Shown: positions 51,271-64,000, counted from the first letter of the stretch. The stretch: 64,000 nt of DNA from Takakia lepidozioides (GCA_030704615.1 CM060731.1:2356001-2420000); one strand, 5' to 3'. Numbers and translations: made by a program. Notes: generated by a model from the sequence alone, not told the origin.

Positions 51271-51381
51271 AGGGGGCAACAAAGGAAAAAAAAAAAATGT
51301 GGGGGGGGGGTGATTGAGTAGCAGCAGCTGCTCAATCACTCCCCCCCCCCCCACTTTCTTTTCTTTTCTTTGTTGCCCCCT
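51271..51381. repeat. Imperfect hairpin of about 110 bp
   Basis: AGGGGGCAACAAAG...G-run TGATTGAG / CTCAATCA C-run...CTTTGTTGCCCCCT. Confidence 0.75.
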
Positions 51382-51859
51382 GATGTCTCCCTCTCTCTGT
51401 CCCTCTTTGTCCCTCTCTCCCTCTCCCTCTCTCTCCCTCTCTTGTGTGCTGCTCTCTTTTAAGCTCCAGACGAGATAAATTCAAGGTCAGATGGTGGGTT
51501 CAGCTGCAACATATGTCCAACACCAGATGCCCCCTCCCTCCCTCTGTCTCCCTCTCTACTGGGAATCGGCAGTTTGCTATCAGTGTGGATTTTTTGTTCC
51601 TCTATCAGGCTTTTTCATCCATACCGGATGAGCCACCAGGATGGACACTGAATTACCTCTAGGATGGTTCTTTTGGCCTTTTCATTCCTCCTCTATTGAC
51701 TCTCATCCATACCGGATGAGTCACCATGGAAGAAAAAAATTACCTCTATGGAGGTTGCCAACAGCATCCTGTTTTTCCATCCGTACCGGATGCAAAACTA
51801 CCAGGGTGATAATTTTTCATTCCTCTTTTATTGACTCTTGTTATCCATACCGGATGGTC

Positions 51860-52150
51860 TCCTGCAAGTAGTATTTTCCTACTGGTAGTCTCTTCTCCAT
51901 AATGTCCTCCAACTATCCATTTGTGAATTTCTTCCAAAACTTTATTAATTTCATGATGGTACAAGCATCTCTTTAGGACCCCATCTGGTCCCAACTTGTA
52001 CAATTTTTCTCTTATCGTAGTATATGGGTAGGGCTTTAATAGTTATCCTCTTCTTTTGTTCCTTCCCATAACTAGATGGGCACTATCCCTGAGTTAGGTA
52101 ATATCTGATTGGCCACTGCCAATCTAACCAATCATCTGCTCCCTGCACTT
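51860..52150 (-). pseudogene. Gypsy integrase N-terminal fragment
   Basis: LYKLGPDGVLKRCL...IHKWIVGGHYGEETTSRKILLAG. Confidence 0.75.
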
Positions 52151-52294
52151 CCACTAGGCGGCATCACTAACGGAATAAGGAGATATTAACGTAGATGCTA
52201 GAAACTTTGGCAGAACCCTAAATAATAGTCATGGTTACATAAAGTAGCTAAGGCAGACGGCGGGAGAGCGACGGGAGAGCGACGGGAGAGCGGC

Positions 52295-53550
52295 GGGAGT
52301 GGCATGATTTCAATACCTTTAATGTCGTTTTGGTTCTGTTGTGCCAAAAGAAACGCTTGCAGACCTCATGATGGATTCTGCGAACTCCAAAATGTCCCAT
52401 TTCTTCATGAATTTGTTGGACTATGGCTTCTCGCTCCTTCTTCTCTAGTACCAACTTACCTTGAAACACAAGTCTCCCTTCCATCAGTTTGAATGATTTG
52501 GCCCTCTTCCTCACTCTTTTTGCTTCTTTGGAATCCAAATATGCATTTACTTCACCAAATGTAAGCATGTGCATGACCTGTATGTCATCCAGAATATCAG
52601 AAATTGTCTCCTCCTCTTGTTCTTCATCACTGAGGCTGTTCCTAGCCCTCTTCCTCCTTCTGTTCACCTTCAGCTGCCATTAACAACTCCAGCTGCATGT
52701 GTTTTGTGATCAGCCCCTTCTTTCTGCTGATTTGAATTGCCAGAGGCTCAGTACGGAGCTGCTCATGCTTTTCTTCACTGCTGGTCCCTTCTTGACTCAA
52801 GGCATTTGTAGTTTCTTCATCATAAGAGGCGGGTGACAAGTTTATGTCTGTTGATGGTGTCTCCTTCGAGTTCAGTTCATTTGACTTAGTTTCAGATGTG
52901 TCATCAACATGTGCTTCCTTCTCTTCCTGGGTTCCAGCCCCTTGGCTCCTGGTGAAGACCATGTTTATGGTTGGAATGAAGTCAAGTGAGCTCCCGGCTG
53001 CTGGTATCCTTCTCTTTCTTCCACATGCTGGTTGTCTTCTGCAAAATATGCACAATTTTTTGGTGATAGTATCAGCAGGTACCTTCTTTCTTGGTGGTGG
53101 ATGACAGTCTTCAGTACCGGCCTGGTCCTTCAGTTCTTCATTTCTTCTTATCCCTGCTATCTCCCTCTCATCACGCCAGTCCCTCTGACCATCTCCATCC
53201 TCTCCTTCTATGGTGACAACCCACTTGAACCCCTTTGGTGTGTTTTGATCTCCGTTGATGTGATATTTGACAGGAAGACTGAACTTCCATTGTCATTGCT
53301 TCATCCTTTAGTGGCTGGTCCCTTTTTTACCCCAATTCTACCTTTGTTTGGTGTTGCATTGCCTTTGTGCGCAGGTCATATTTTTCAGAATTGCTCCTCA
53401 TCTGTCCGCCAGTCGAAGATAAGGCTTCTTCCACCCCTTTTCCTTCACTTTGTTCCTCTTTGAATACATCAGTATGTCTCCCTTTGTCGAGACTTTGATG
53501 TTCAGTTTTCAACTCCCAAATTTTGTCTCCTTGCTCCTTTCTTGCTTCCC
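52295..53550 (-). pseudogene. Retroelement-derived fragment with an integrase H2C2-like zinc domain
   Basis: IVQQIHEEMGHFGVRRIHHEVCKRFFW...VLKSC. Confidence 0.6.
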
Positions 53551-53552
53551 CA

Positions 53553-56500
53553 TTTAGGCTCTGTAGCGGCAGCCCTCTTCTTGGCTTTCCCCTTCAGCTC
53601 CTCCAGAGACTTGTTGTGTACCACCTTCTTCGCCCTGGCAGCCAGAGCGTCAAGGAAGCTCTCATTGACGCATTGGATGATGGTTGGGGGTTCTAGCTTT
53701 GGCCTCTGCGGAAACATCACCGCCAAATACCGCCGTGTAGGTTCGCCCTCAAATGCCAACTTCTTGGCAGAGCCAGTCCCAGTCCGAACTGACTTGGGAA
53801 CCCGGACGACCGGTGACTTGGTAGCAGCAGCAGCAGTAGTCGCAGGACCTTGCACAAAGTCGTCGTCGGAGTCACTCCCTTGGGGCCCCTCCTGCGCCTC
53901 CTCTGGTGCCCCGGTGGTTTTCTGTTTTTTGGGGGTTACTGTACTCCCCTGTTTCCGTGTCCTTTTCTTTTGTCTTTTATTCTTCTCATTCAATTTCTCT
54001 TGAATACCTGCCTGAGCAAGCTCTGCCGCTTTCCTGGACTTGGCAAGCGTTTTCACCTCCTTTGGACCCAGCGGAGGCAGCGAAGGCCGGTTTCGTCGGG
54101 CCTCCGCATCCAGCTTCAATTGAAACTCGGATGAGTCGAGCGAGCCGGGCGGAAGGTCCACATACCAAGGGCAGTTGCGCAAATGTTCCAGATGCCACTC
54201 CTTCACGATAACGTCAGTGTACATGGAGTCAGCTCCAGGGTTCCTCCATGCGAGGAAGAAAGGCGGCTCGAAGGACAGATGACCTTTCTCCAACAAGGAG
54301 AATTTGCAGTACCTGCATTTAAGAAACACACACAGAATGAGGTCTCGGGAACGAGGTAAATTCGGCGCCATTTTCCCAGGGTGTGTCCGAAAATGGCTAA
54401 GTCCCAGAACTGATTGGGCCCGGAACTGGAAAAATGGCGCCGAATTTCCAGTTTCGGTGCCAGCCACCCCAGGGACTTAGCCATTTTCGGGGCCCTGTAC
54501 TGGAAATTTCGGCGCCATTTTCCCAGGTTGTGTCCGAAAATGGCTAAGTCCCAGAACTGACTGGGCCCGGAACTTGAAAAATGGCGCCAAATTTCCAGAC
54601 TGAGTGCCAGCCACCCCCGGGACAGCCATCCCCCTAGGGCCCGAATCAGGAAATTCGACGCCATTTTTCCAGGGACTTCTTCACAACTAATTTTCATGCG
54701 CCACATAAGGCCTCTTAGATCCTGGAAATGTAGGGACTAAAAAGAAAAGCACCGCGTATGTACCTGTACAGAAGGCGCATTGCCGTTTTGTCCGCGTTCG
54801 GCTGGTCGGTGAACTCGTGGCTCCGGCGGGCATGGGGTATCTCTCGAAAGAATAGGTCGGTTTTGTAGAGCAGAAGTAAGTACCTCGTCACATAGTCGTG
54901 TAGGCTCTCTGCTTCACCAGAAATCTCCAGCTTGAACTGATGTGCTTGTGTGTCAAGCTGCTCTTGCGCATTCGTCGTCACCTGTGCAAATTCTCTATCA
55001 GACCGCTTTCCTCAAAAAATACAATAAATCCACCCGGTACAAGCGTAGAACCGACAAATGAAGTGTGGGAAAGTACATGAAACCACCATGTCATGCGGTT
55101 CATCCACATGTCGAATGTGGGGTCAGACAGTTTGTCGGGTTTGGGGAAGCTCCACATGTCCCTTGTACTTTGGGAACCATTCCAGATTTGGAGCCACCGG
55201 GTCTGTCCAACCACCCAGCATATTAGTAAGCGCCAAACACCACAAAAAAAACGAATTGTTTGCACGACAATTTGGTTAGAATGTAGTAACATTTTCTATT
55301 GCATCCACACAGGATGTGGCTAGATGATGCAGCTTCTCCAATGTCATCGTGGGCTTCAGAGCGCGGGAGTAGTGCTTCCCCACCTCCACCAGAAAGTCGG
55401 CACCAAGGGCGGGATCAGCTATGGCCACGTACTTTACCATCCGCGACTTGTACTTGATGCGGGCCTTCGCCTCCGCAGCTTTTAGATACGATTCCAGTGC
55501 CGGGAGGGTTAGTTTCTTCTCCTCTGACTCCATGTAGAGCCTCCGCGCATGTGCCAAATCCTGCTGAATTTTCATCTGTCAAGAATACGCACATAAGATT
55601 AGAAATCCTGGTCAACACTTTTTCTTCTATTGGGGGAGGAGAGACAGATTAGCTGAACAAAACAGTTAGGAGCTTTACCCAAAATATGTAGTCCACCATG
55701 GCGTCCATGCTCAGCCTATACCAGGTTTTGTCTGCCTTTGCCTCCGACTTGCGCAGGAGGTCGGCACTGAGCGAATTGGCAAACTCTTGCACCCCTGCTT
55801 CCCGACATCCTTCACTCGGAAGAGCATGTGGGACAAGTTAGTGGCAATGAAGGCATTCTCAGTCACCCTGCAATGCCACATTTCCATTAAACAATACTGA
55901 AATGAGAATTTGCAACAAATATGACGATTGGCAATGAAATGACTATTTCAAATTCAAAGTTCCAAAGCAAAAGGCATTGTAACTTACGAGTTGATGTCTG
56001 CCATTGCAGCTTTGCGAAGACTGCGATCTTTGGGCCCCGCAACCTTCAGCACAACACACTCCACGGCGAAATGCCAATCCAGGTCGTTGGGGTGGGCTTG
56101 GGCTATGTATTCCATCCATGCCAGGAGGCGATGATTGTCGTCCCACACGTAAAACATCTTTCCGGACAAGTGCTAGAAAAGAGGATCAGTAGCAATCAAT
56201 CTCTCGAACTCCTCATTTCGCCTTTGTCAATGGGGACCCCATTTGTCCACCTCATCGGAAGTGTGGGCACGAGAAGCTCCGTGGTCGTTCTCAATGGAAA
56301 CATAAAATGCGGCAGACCCCATTCAATATCCCTCCCGGAAAGAGAATTTCAGCTTGTCGATATCGCTTGGGAGGGCAGGTTTCACCACCTGCAGTGATAC
56401 CAAGCGGCAAAGGGGAATCCGAAGCTTGACCGGGTACACCATGCCCCCCAGGACCCTGCCAATGTTGCTGTGGGTTGCCTCCAACATCTTGGCAGCGGCC

Positions 56501-57809
56501 AACTTCATATCCGCCTCCGACATTACGTCTGTTGCAGGGGGGTTCTCCGGCAGCCCACTAGGACTGCCAAATCCAGCCTGTATGCTCCGGGTTTGGGGCC
56601 TGGGGATGTCCGGGAGGATGTCATCCTGGTCAGAAAGCTCCCTCTCGTCGTCCTCAACATGGTCAACCACCAGCGGAAGCACCTTGAGCACTCTCCCCGT
56701 CTCTACTGCCCTCTCCCCGGCTTCACCTCAAACTCCCACAATCCGTGCTCTTTGTGGTGTTCTTTCCCCTCCTCCAGTCTCCACCGTATGGGTAATTGCG
56801 GGGGCTGCTCCCACCCGCAATGGTGTAACCGGTAAGGATGCAGCCGGTGTGTTACTGCCTGTTTCTGGTGTCTTGGAGGGATCCACCGTCTTTGTGCATC
56901 CCTCGCTTACATGGGCATCTGTCATTTTGACACCCCTGGCCACTTCAGTGGCCTTTTTTCTTGCCTCCTGGCTAGCCTTCTGTCTCGCCTGTTCTTTTGC
57001 CCTCTCTTTTTCCCTCTCACGGGCCTTCTGTTTCTTACTAGGGGTAGCAGCAGGGGAGGCCTCCAGGACAACCACCTTTGTTTGAGGCGAACTGACACCC
57101 TCACGCACCCTGCTCACTCCCCCCTCCGCAGCCTGTGACGGCTCTCTCGCCGGGGATTACATGTGCTTGGCTTTCTTCTTCTTCTTTGCGTGGGCGGGCC
57201 CTACTACATATGCATCAGCTTCCTCCATTGTCGGATCTGCTGTCCTCATCCGACGCCCTTCACCTGCCATGCCGCCTGCACCAACCTCCCGAATGCCTAT
57301 TCTGGCGTACTCTCGCTGCAGGTCCTCCCGTCCACCAACAAAATGAGCAAGATTTTGTTTGCCCTCCCACCCCAAGTTGGGCGATCCAAACATGCGAAGC
57401 ACCAGCTCCGACATCTGCTGCCGTCGACTCTCCGACTCCACCATCGCAACCACCATCGCAACAATCGTGGAACAACAATGAAAACAAAATCAAGTATGGA
57501 GTGGCATGGAACCAAACCCAAGCAATGCCTAACAATCACATGCAGAAGCAGCAGAAGGATGCCAAAACAAACAAAACAAAGCGAAGAAGACCGCACATGT
57601 TACACAAAGCGAAAGAGGAAGGGGCTTGCCTGAGAGTGCTCGCCTTCAGTTGGCGCGGGCTATGAGCAAGACAAGGGGATCTCCTGCTGGAGCTTCAGTT
57701 TGGCCATGCGAGACGTTGGACGCCGCCCGTAGTACAAAGGCTTCAGTTTGCACTGCGGTCTGGATGTGGGGTTTCTCTCAGGAGAGCCACGCCCTTCTCC
57801 ACGCGGCAT
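53553..57809 (-). pseudogene. ParB-MTase-like gene, copy B (ParB/Srx-like domain at about 55990-56440; truncated before the MTase)
   Basis: Read-through translation IPLCRLVSLQVVKPALPSDIDKLKFSFREGY*MGSAAFYVS...KMFYVWDDNHRLLAWMEYI. GT-AG introns near 55987-55868, 55678-55576 and 54762-54313. Downstream exons are highly similar to copy A 13421-14177. Confidence 0.72.
54350..54675. repeat. Array 3 of copy B (intronic GGCGCC palindromes)
   Basis: GGAAAAATGGCGCCGAATTTCC-type cores; homologous to 12780-13390. Confidence 0.85.
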
Positions 57810-58064
57810 AAGTCCCAGTAAAAGAAAAAATCTCCCGCAGAATGCGTGCGTACAGGCCTTGAATGGAACTTCATCCACCCGTCACATCGGGTGTCGAAGG
57901 CGTATCCGGGAAGCAAGCGCGGAATCCGTGTGGAACATCCGGTTCAAAACCGACGGCGGAGGACATTTAATGCGCAACTGCGCCCTTAAATGTCATAGGT
58001 ATGGAGGTCGGCCACAGGCGCCACCTGGCCCACCCTCCCCCCGAGAATTCATCATTCGTCCGTT

Positions 58065-58915
58065 GGATGAAAAAAACGGCGCCAATTTCCATCCAGCGGA
58101 TGAAGTAGGACGCAACGTGGCCCTCCCTCCGCCCGAGACGTTCTCATCCAGAAGCCGCCGGATGGAAAACAGGCGCCGAATTTCCATCCTTCAAGTACGG
58201 CATAGCGCGGCCGGATGGAAAACTGGTGCCGAATTTCATCTAGCATGCCGAATGGAAAACCGGTGCCGAATTTCCATCCTGCAGGTAATTCGGTCCACCT
58301 CATGGATGGAAAACCGGCACCGAATTTGTCTCTAGCGGACGACAATGGTGGGAATAACGTGCCAAAAAGTGGCCTGCAAGCAAAAAACTCTAAGTTTAGT
58401 GTCTAATTAGACAAAAAAACGCGAAAAACTTGATGCAACGACTGGAAATTTGTGATGAAGGGTCGATACGGGCGTCTGTGGATGGATACTCGGCGCCGTT
58501 TTTCCATCCTGCAGATGATCTTTGTCGACCTCTCCCCCCGAGACGACTGCGTCCGGCCGACCTCGGATGGAAATTCGGCGCCGTTTTTCCATCCGGGGGA
58601 TGATCTCTGCCGGCCAGGTGTCGGCCCCTCCCCCCGAGACGACTTCATCCGGCCGACCTCGGATGGAAATTCGGCGCCGTTTTTCCATCTGGGGGATGAT
58701 CTCTATCGGCCAGGTGTCGGCCTCTCCCCCCGAGACGACTTCATCCGGCCGGCCTCGGATGGAAATTCGGCGCCGTTTTTCCAACCGGGGGATGATCTCT
58801 GTCGGCCAGGTGTCGGCCTCTGCCCCCGAGACGACTTCGTCCGAACGGCCTCGGATGGAAATTTGGCGCCGTTTTTCCGTCCGGGGGATGTTCTTTGGTA
58901 GGCACGTGGGGCCGT
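58065..58915. repeat. Short versions of arrays 2 and 1 in copy B
   Basis: About 4-5 cores at 58065-58330 and about 5 cores (96-bp unit) at 58480-58915. Confidence 0.88.
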
Positions 58916-59153
58916 CACCCTCCGATTGGACGTCATGTCCAAGTAAATTCTGCGTCTCATTCCTGGGTACGGTTATATTAAATGCTGCTCTTTTTCCTTG
59001 CCACTTGCCCGACCTTCGCTCGTGACCCACGCGTTTCAAACCGAGACAGCAACAACACTTCCTCGCTCCGAGCTCCTCTCACTTCTTCTCCCCTATACTC
59101 CCCATTCCTTGCGCACCCTCTTTGCTTCCTGACAGCCCTTTCAATAGTCGGCG

Positions 59154-59711
59154 ATGGCGTGTCGGGATCCCAGTAACTGGCCAAACAAGCATCTCACCCC
59201 GTGGGACTTCTCGCCCAAGTTAGGGGATATTTTCATATACCTGCAGATTGGATAGACCACTCTCAGGAGGGTCCACCTGTCCGCTCTTGAGTACCCTCCT
59301 GGCTTCCACGATCTGCCTCGCGGGGACGGGCTTGCGCGGCTTTGGTGCCTGTGAATCGTTGATCTGCAGTATCCGCCTACATGGAACATCCCCAAAAGCC
59401 GCACGACCTTCCTACATCATTGGAGGTGCTGCCAGTGGGCCTACGAGGATTGCATCGGGTGTACGTACATGCCAGAGAGGATTCCATCGCAAATAGTGTA
59501 TGGGGACATTCTCATAAGCTATGAGGATGAGTCCTATGGACACAGAGTGTCCACAACAAAGATCTCGATTTACGATGGTGCATATATCGGAGGACATGAC
59601 ACCGTTGTCCACTACACCAAAGGAGAACGGGCTACATCCATTGTCTTCACCTACCGACACCCTGTCAGTCATGAGCTTGTTGAGAGGCCAATCGAGGTTC
59701 CAGCTTCTTAG
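59154..59711 (+). pseudogene. Small orphan ORF (about 185 aa) of the element, copy B
   Basis: ATG at 59154 is in frame with ORF 59469-59711, with two internal stops. TATATTAAA lies at about 58974. Confidence 0.55.
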
Positions 59712-60294
59712 TGAGAATAGTGCAACACGGGAGAAAATTCCCAACTTACCTGAGCATGGATGGCATGCATACTTTTGACTTCCCTCGGCTTGTGAGGGCA
59801 TGCATACTTGTCACAATTCATTATTAATAAAAATGTCTCATTTGAACCAAAGTTCCACTTTTTGCGCAATGTTGCATTTTGTTGAATGTTGACTTTTGGC
59901 AGCGAGGGTCTGGCACTCAATCTTGCAATCAGACCCACTGGAATGCCACCTCTGTCAGTTCCCTCTGTCCATGGGGAAGGTGCTTGCACACTCGCCCCCC
60001 CACACTTCTTGTCAGACGCCGTAATTATAGGTTTGCGCAACACATCTGCACAGGTCATATACCTTCTAACTGCATACCATTGGCAGTTATTGCGCAAAGG
60101 CCAGGGGCCGCATCCCGGAGACAAGGTTCATTAACACTCTGACAGTGGATTTTTTGGAGAGTGGGCTCCCCGGATTTGTGAATAGGCTTCGTCGCTGGAA
60201 AAATCGGCCCTGCATTCCTTCCCCTCGTTGCATCCCCCTTCTCCCAGGGCGCTTGCCCGAACGCCGTCCTGGCAGTCTTGTGTGCATATATCCC

Positions 60295-63200
60295 ATGGCA
60301 GAAAACCCGAGCGCTATAGTGTATTGCCCTCCTCACGAGCATAGAGCTACATTTCCGTGCAGAGGGGAGATCTGCCGGGTGATGGAGAAATACCTCTGCG
60401 TTCGATACCACCTGAAACCGGGGTCGGTATTTTTGGAGGAGGAAATGAAGGATTCAAACGGAGTTGTAGTCAAAAGTATTGTTGTGCTCCACGATGATTT
60501 CGGCGACGGCAGGGAATGGCGAGTTCCACCATCGGACAACGTCATATACAGGGCTGTTGGGGACTTCATTTGCCCGCCAAATGCGCCTTCTATACTGGCG
60601 CCTTCCACGAAACAATCCGCGAATCAGACAGTGGGTACCTCAAATAGAGAAGTCTGCAACAAAGTAAATATCAATGAAGATGAGCGAGAACCGGGTTGTT
60701 CACAACCTGTCCGACTCAGAGGAGGTCATGGAAGTTCCGAGATCATCCTGGAGATCAGGCAAGTCCTCAATGGACATCAGCGGACGAGGGAGTCATATTC
60801 CCAGCACGAGCACAACAGTTCGATCCATTCTTGAAATTCTACGAGGGCTTCACATGGAGGGACACCGCTCGGAGCTGGCTGGGTTGGACTACAGCAAGTT
60901 CGCAATTAAATCCGTTACATGCCTTCCCGCATACGTCGACGGTAATATCTTCTTTGAGTTCCCTCCTCGAACGGACTATTCGAGGGCGTCCGGAATGTTG
61001 ACAGATATGGATAGGAAACATGACGGTCATCCTTGGTGCGTCACCAAAACACCAGCATGAAGATGCTCGATGGTGTGCGGGTGCGCTACGTTATTTGTGC
61101 AGGCGCGTTGCGGTGTTTCTCCCCAACTTGCTTCCACTTTAAATCCAGAGGTCTCAGGAACGAGACGGATTGGATAGGCACAGCTCATCAACCATTTCGA
61201 GCTCAGGAGAAGGTTCCAAACTCCACATTTAAGTGTGCGCATTGCAAAAAACCACCACATTGCATGTCTGTTTGTAATGCCAAGCAGTTCTATGTGTTGC
61301 ACCGTTTCCCTGACCTCACATGAGCTTGCATACACGTTGATTCCCATTCTCACAAATTGGCGAGGGAGAACTCGCAGGAGTGCCCACGAGGCAGAGCAGC
61401 TCGTTCAGGAGGAGGTTAAGTTGAGATCTAGTGCCAAACCCAAACAGATATAGCTGCAGGCCGTCCATAAGATGGCATTTGCCAGAATTATGTCGGAAGA
61501 CGGCTCCGACATAGTTCCTCTCGATGAGAAGGAAATGGAGGCATTGTTGGAGTCAGTGTCCCATGTCTGTTCACCGAATGTAACCACATTGTCTCCTGCA
61601 AACAGAAAATTGGCCGTGGCTCGGATATGCATTTCATTCTAGAGGTGAAGCGACGATGTGGATATGACTACATTCATGGAAGTAGGTTTTCAAGACAAGG
61701 GACTGAGGTAGATCATTGTTTCGTATTCAAAATGTCCACGTGTGGGCCTGGCAGCGGCGTCGAACTAGTCGACCGGATGACGAGTGGAGACTTGTCAAAC
61801 AGTTGGGTCATGTTCGACCATATCAAGCGAATTACAAATCACCAGTGGGTGACAATGGGTGCACATGTCTACGACACCCACTGCAGGATGCTAATGACAA
61901 TTGCTATTTGTGAGATGAAAGGAGAGGACACACAATCGGAGATGCTTCTTTGGCAGGGAATAAACGAACAGATGACAGGGGCGGGATCACCCCCTCCCAA
62001 TTTCCGTGGTTTCATGGCGGACAACGCACAAGAAAATTGTGTTGTCATCCGAAGGGTGTACGGGGAAGACCCCAATGTTTCTGCAGAGCTTGTCGCAGTA
62101 CACAACCAAGCTCATGGCGCCAGATTTCAGAGAGGAGCACCGTTCCATGTGTCTTGCGTGGAAGCGTGCTCCCACCTTGGATGATGCAAAGACACAATTT
62201 GCATGTATACGGGCTTGGTGGACAACGTCAAGTGCTGTTAAGAAATCAGACGAGGGAGCAATGGTCAGTTGGCTAGCATGGTGACATTATCGTTTCCTCC
62301 AGTTCGGCGACTATATGCGGGAGGTGAGTTGGACAAATTCGCGTCCCGTTGAATATTATGCTAGTCATTATTTGTAACTTGCTTGTAACCTCAATATGTG
62401 CATATGCATGAAATGTGTCTCGACTCCGACATCGACATGCCGACAACAAACATGGCCGAATCAATACATTCTTCCTGGCGTGCCTCCTCTGCGGCGCATC
62501 TGGTGGACATCCTCACTGCCACAACGGAGGACATTGTGAGGTCAATTATGCAGCAATGCAGGTACAACGAGTTCTTGAAAGGGAAACAGTGGGGCTTGGG
62601 GCCGGACAGACAGGAAATGCTGATGCGGACTGCCTCCAGATCAAAAAATCCTCAGAAGTAGGTGACAGCCTTGTGAGAGGGTCTTCAGGACACGCCATTG
62701 CTTTGAAGAGGCCAACACTTGGAAGGAGATGCTCACACCCGTCCAGTGAGACGAAGACTTGACGAGACACCTGGCGGAGAAGAGGATTCATGGCGAGCTG
62801 ACAAGAATATTCGCACGCTCCCTCGTGGTCCCGTGATGTTGCCCGAGGAGGTCTCGTCGAGCACCGCAAGTCCTGCACGTTCAAGATCGCCATCTCCTTT
62901 GAGCACAGGGCACGTACCCGAGGAACATAACGAGCCATATGTAATAACGCAGTACAACATACCCATATGGAGACAAGAGTGTCGGAGTCACAGTGGAGAA
63001 TTGCAAGGACATTGCCGGCATTTCGAGGGAAGTGTTGCGCCATCCGGGTGGATACGAGAGCACGCTGTGGTAAGATGATTCGGAGGAACCCACACGGTGC
63101 TGTACTTGCACCTTGTTTCAGCGGCAGATTTTTGACTCCCACATTTTCTCACGCCACAACGCAGACGTTTTGGTTCTGTAGGCACGACATAATGACCTGT

Positions 63201-63879
63201 GTATTTGGCAAGCCCAAGTACGGGATTCAGGGAATGTCGGAGCCTCCGGGAGTCTGGCCTGCTGCACCGGGTTGCAACCTCTTTCAGAATGAGGCGAATG
63301 CTCTTTCTGCAGCATGATTTTGAATGGTGCAACGCACAGACGTCCCGGTCCACTCATTTCCAGTTCCTCAGACCTAACCAATGCAGACTGCTCGGTCCAG
63401 TAGAGACAGATTGGACAATTTTGCACATCCCACAAATGCGATTCGGAAGAGTGAAGAGATGACACCCTCCCAATAAGTTGAATGAGACTCGGATTGCCAA
63501 TGCTCTTGGGATGGCTTGCACTATTCAGAGCTCCATGGACGTACCCCTACCCGGCCTTGGGCGTGTTTATCGGATGGCAATGGCCGGCTCAGCTGTACGC
63601 GACGACGCATACACAATTACGATTGGAGTGGAGCCGACTTGCAATTGTACGGACTTCTCGTTGATGGAAGCAAAGAAGAGGTCAAAGTATTATCCGTGCA
63701 AGCATCTGTATTACATTTATCTGAAGAGGTTGAGGATGAATTTGACTATTGATGACTTTATTCATGCACCAGCGTTGAGCGTTAACGAGCTGCACAAACT
63801 CCTCCAAATTCCAGAAATCATTGATGGGGCAAATGGAATCCACAATATGGATATTTGCAATTGCATTTTGATGCATTAG
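60295..63879 (+). pseudogene. Mutator-like transposase with GCM-like Zn/DNA-binding region, DDE core and C-terminal SWIM finger
   Basis: CAGALRC...C; CAHC...CNA...H..H.H; VMFDH; FMADNA; TTNMAESIH; PTCNCTDF...PCKHLYYI. Frameshifts and stops present; probable intron near 62325-62420. Confidence 0.8.
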
Positions 63880-64000
63880 ACTTTGTTTTGCAGTGTAATG
63901 AAATGCACCCCAAAACTCATGGAATAAGATAGACAATATTAAAGTATGTCTTTTAAACATTATGGACTGCTGGATATCCGTTGTCGTCCAGTAGCAATTC

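Larger units (their letters stand above)
53553..64000. mobile_element. Mutator-like DNA element, copy B (MTase end truncated; right end not identified within the window)
   Basis: Inverted homolog of copy A; retains the ParB-like exons and a near-complete transposase. Confidence 0.8.

Overview
Eukaryotic, TE-dense window that looks like land-plant (probably bryophyte-grade) heterochromatin, with no intact host gene. It holds nested, degenerate Ty3/Gypsy elements, including a chromovirus inserted into its own family with a GAAAG target-site duplication (TSD). It also holds LINE fragments (APE, RT and a restriction-like endonuclease piece, plus a 2A-like peptide), a hAT-type MITE, a RING-H2 ORF beside a fold-back array, and a mosaic of host-gene fragments. 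The main finding is a large Mutator-like DNA element present in two inverted, complementarily damaged copies (A ~6390-16011; B ~53553 to beyond 64000). Combining the two copies gives this layout: on one side a transposase (GCM-like Zn domain, DDE core, SWIM) and a small orphan ORF; on the other, a divergently transcribed, intron-containing gene joining a ParB/Srx-like domain to a beta-class N6A/N4C DNA-methyltransferase-like domain. Between and within these genes lie three tandem arrays built on one palindrome, GGAAA-nnn-GGCGCC-nnn-TTTCC. All domain calls are by-eye motif recognition; no searches were run.
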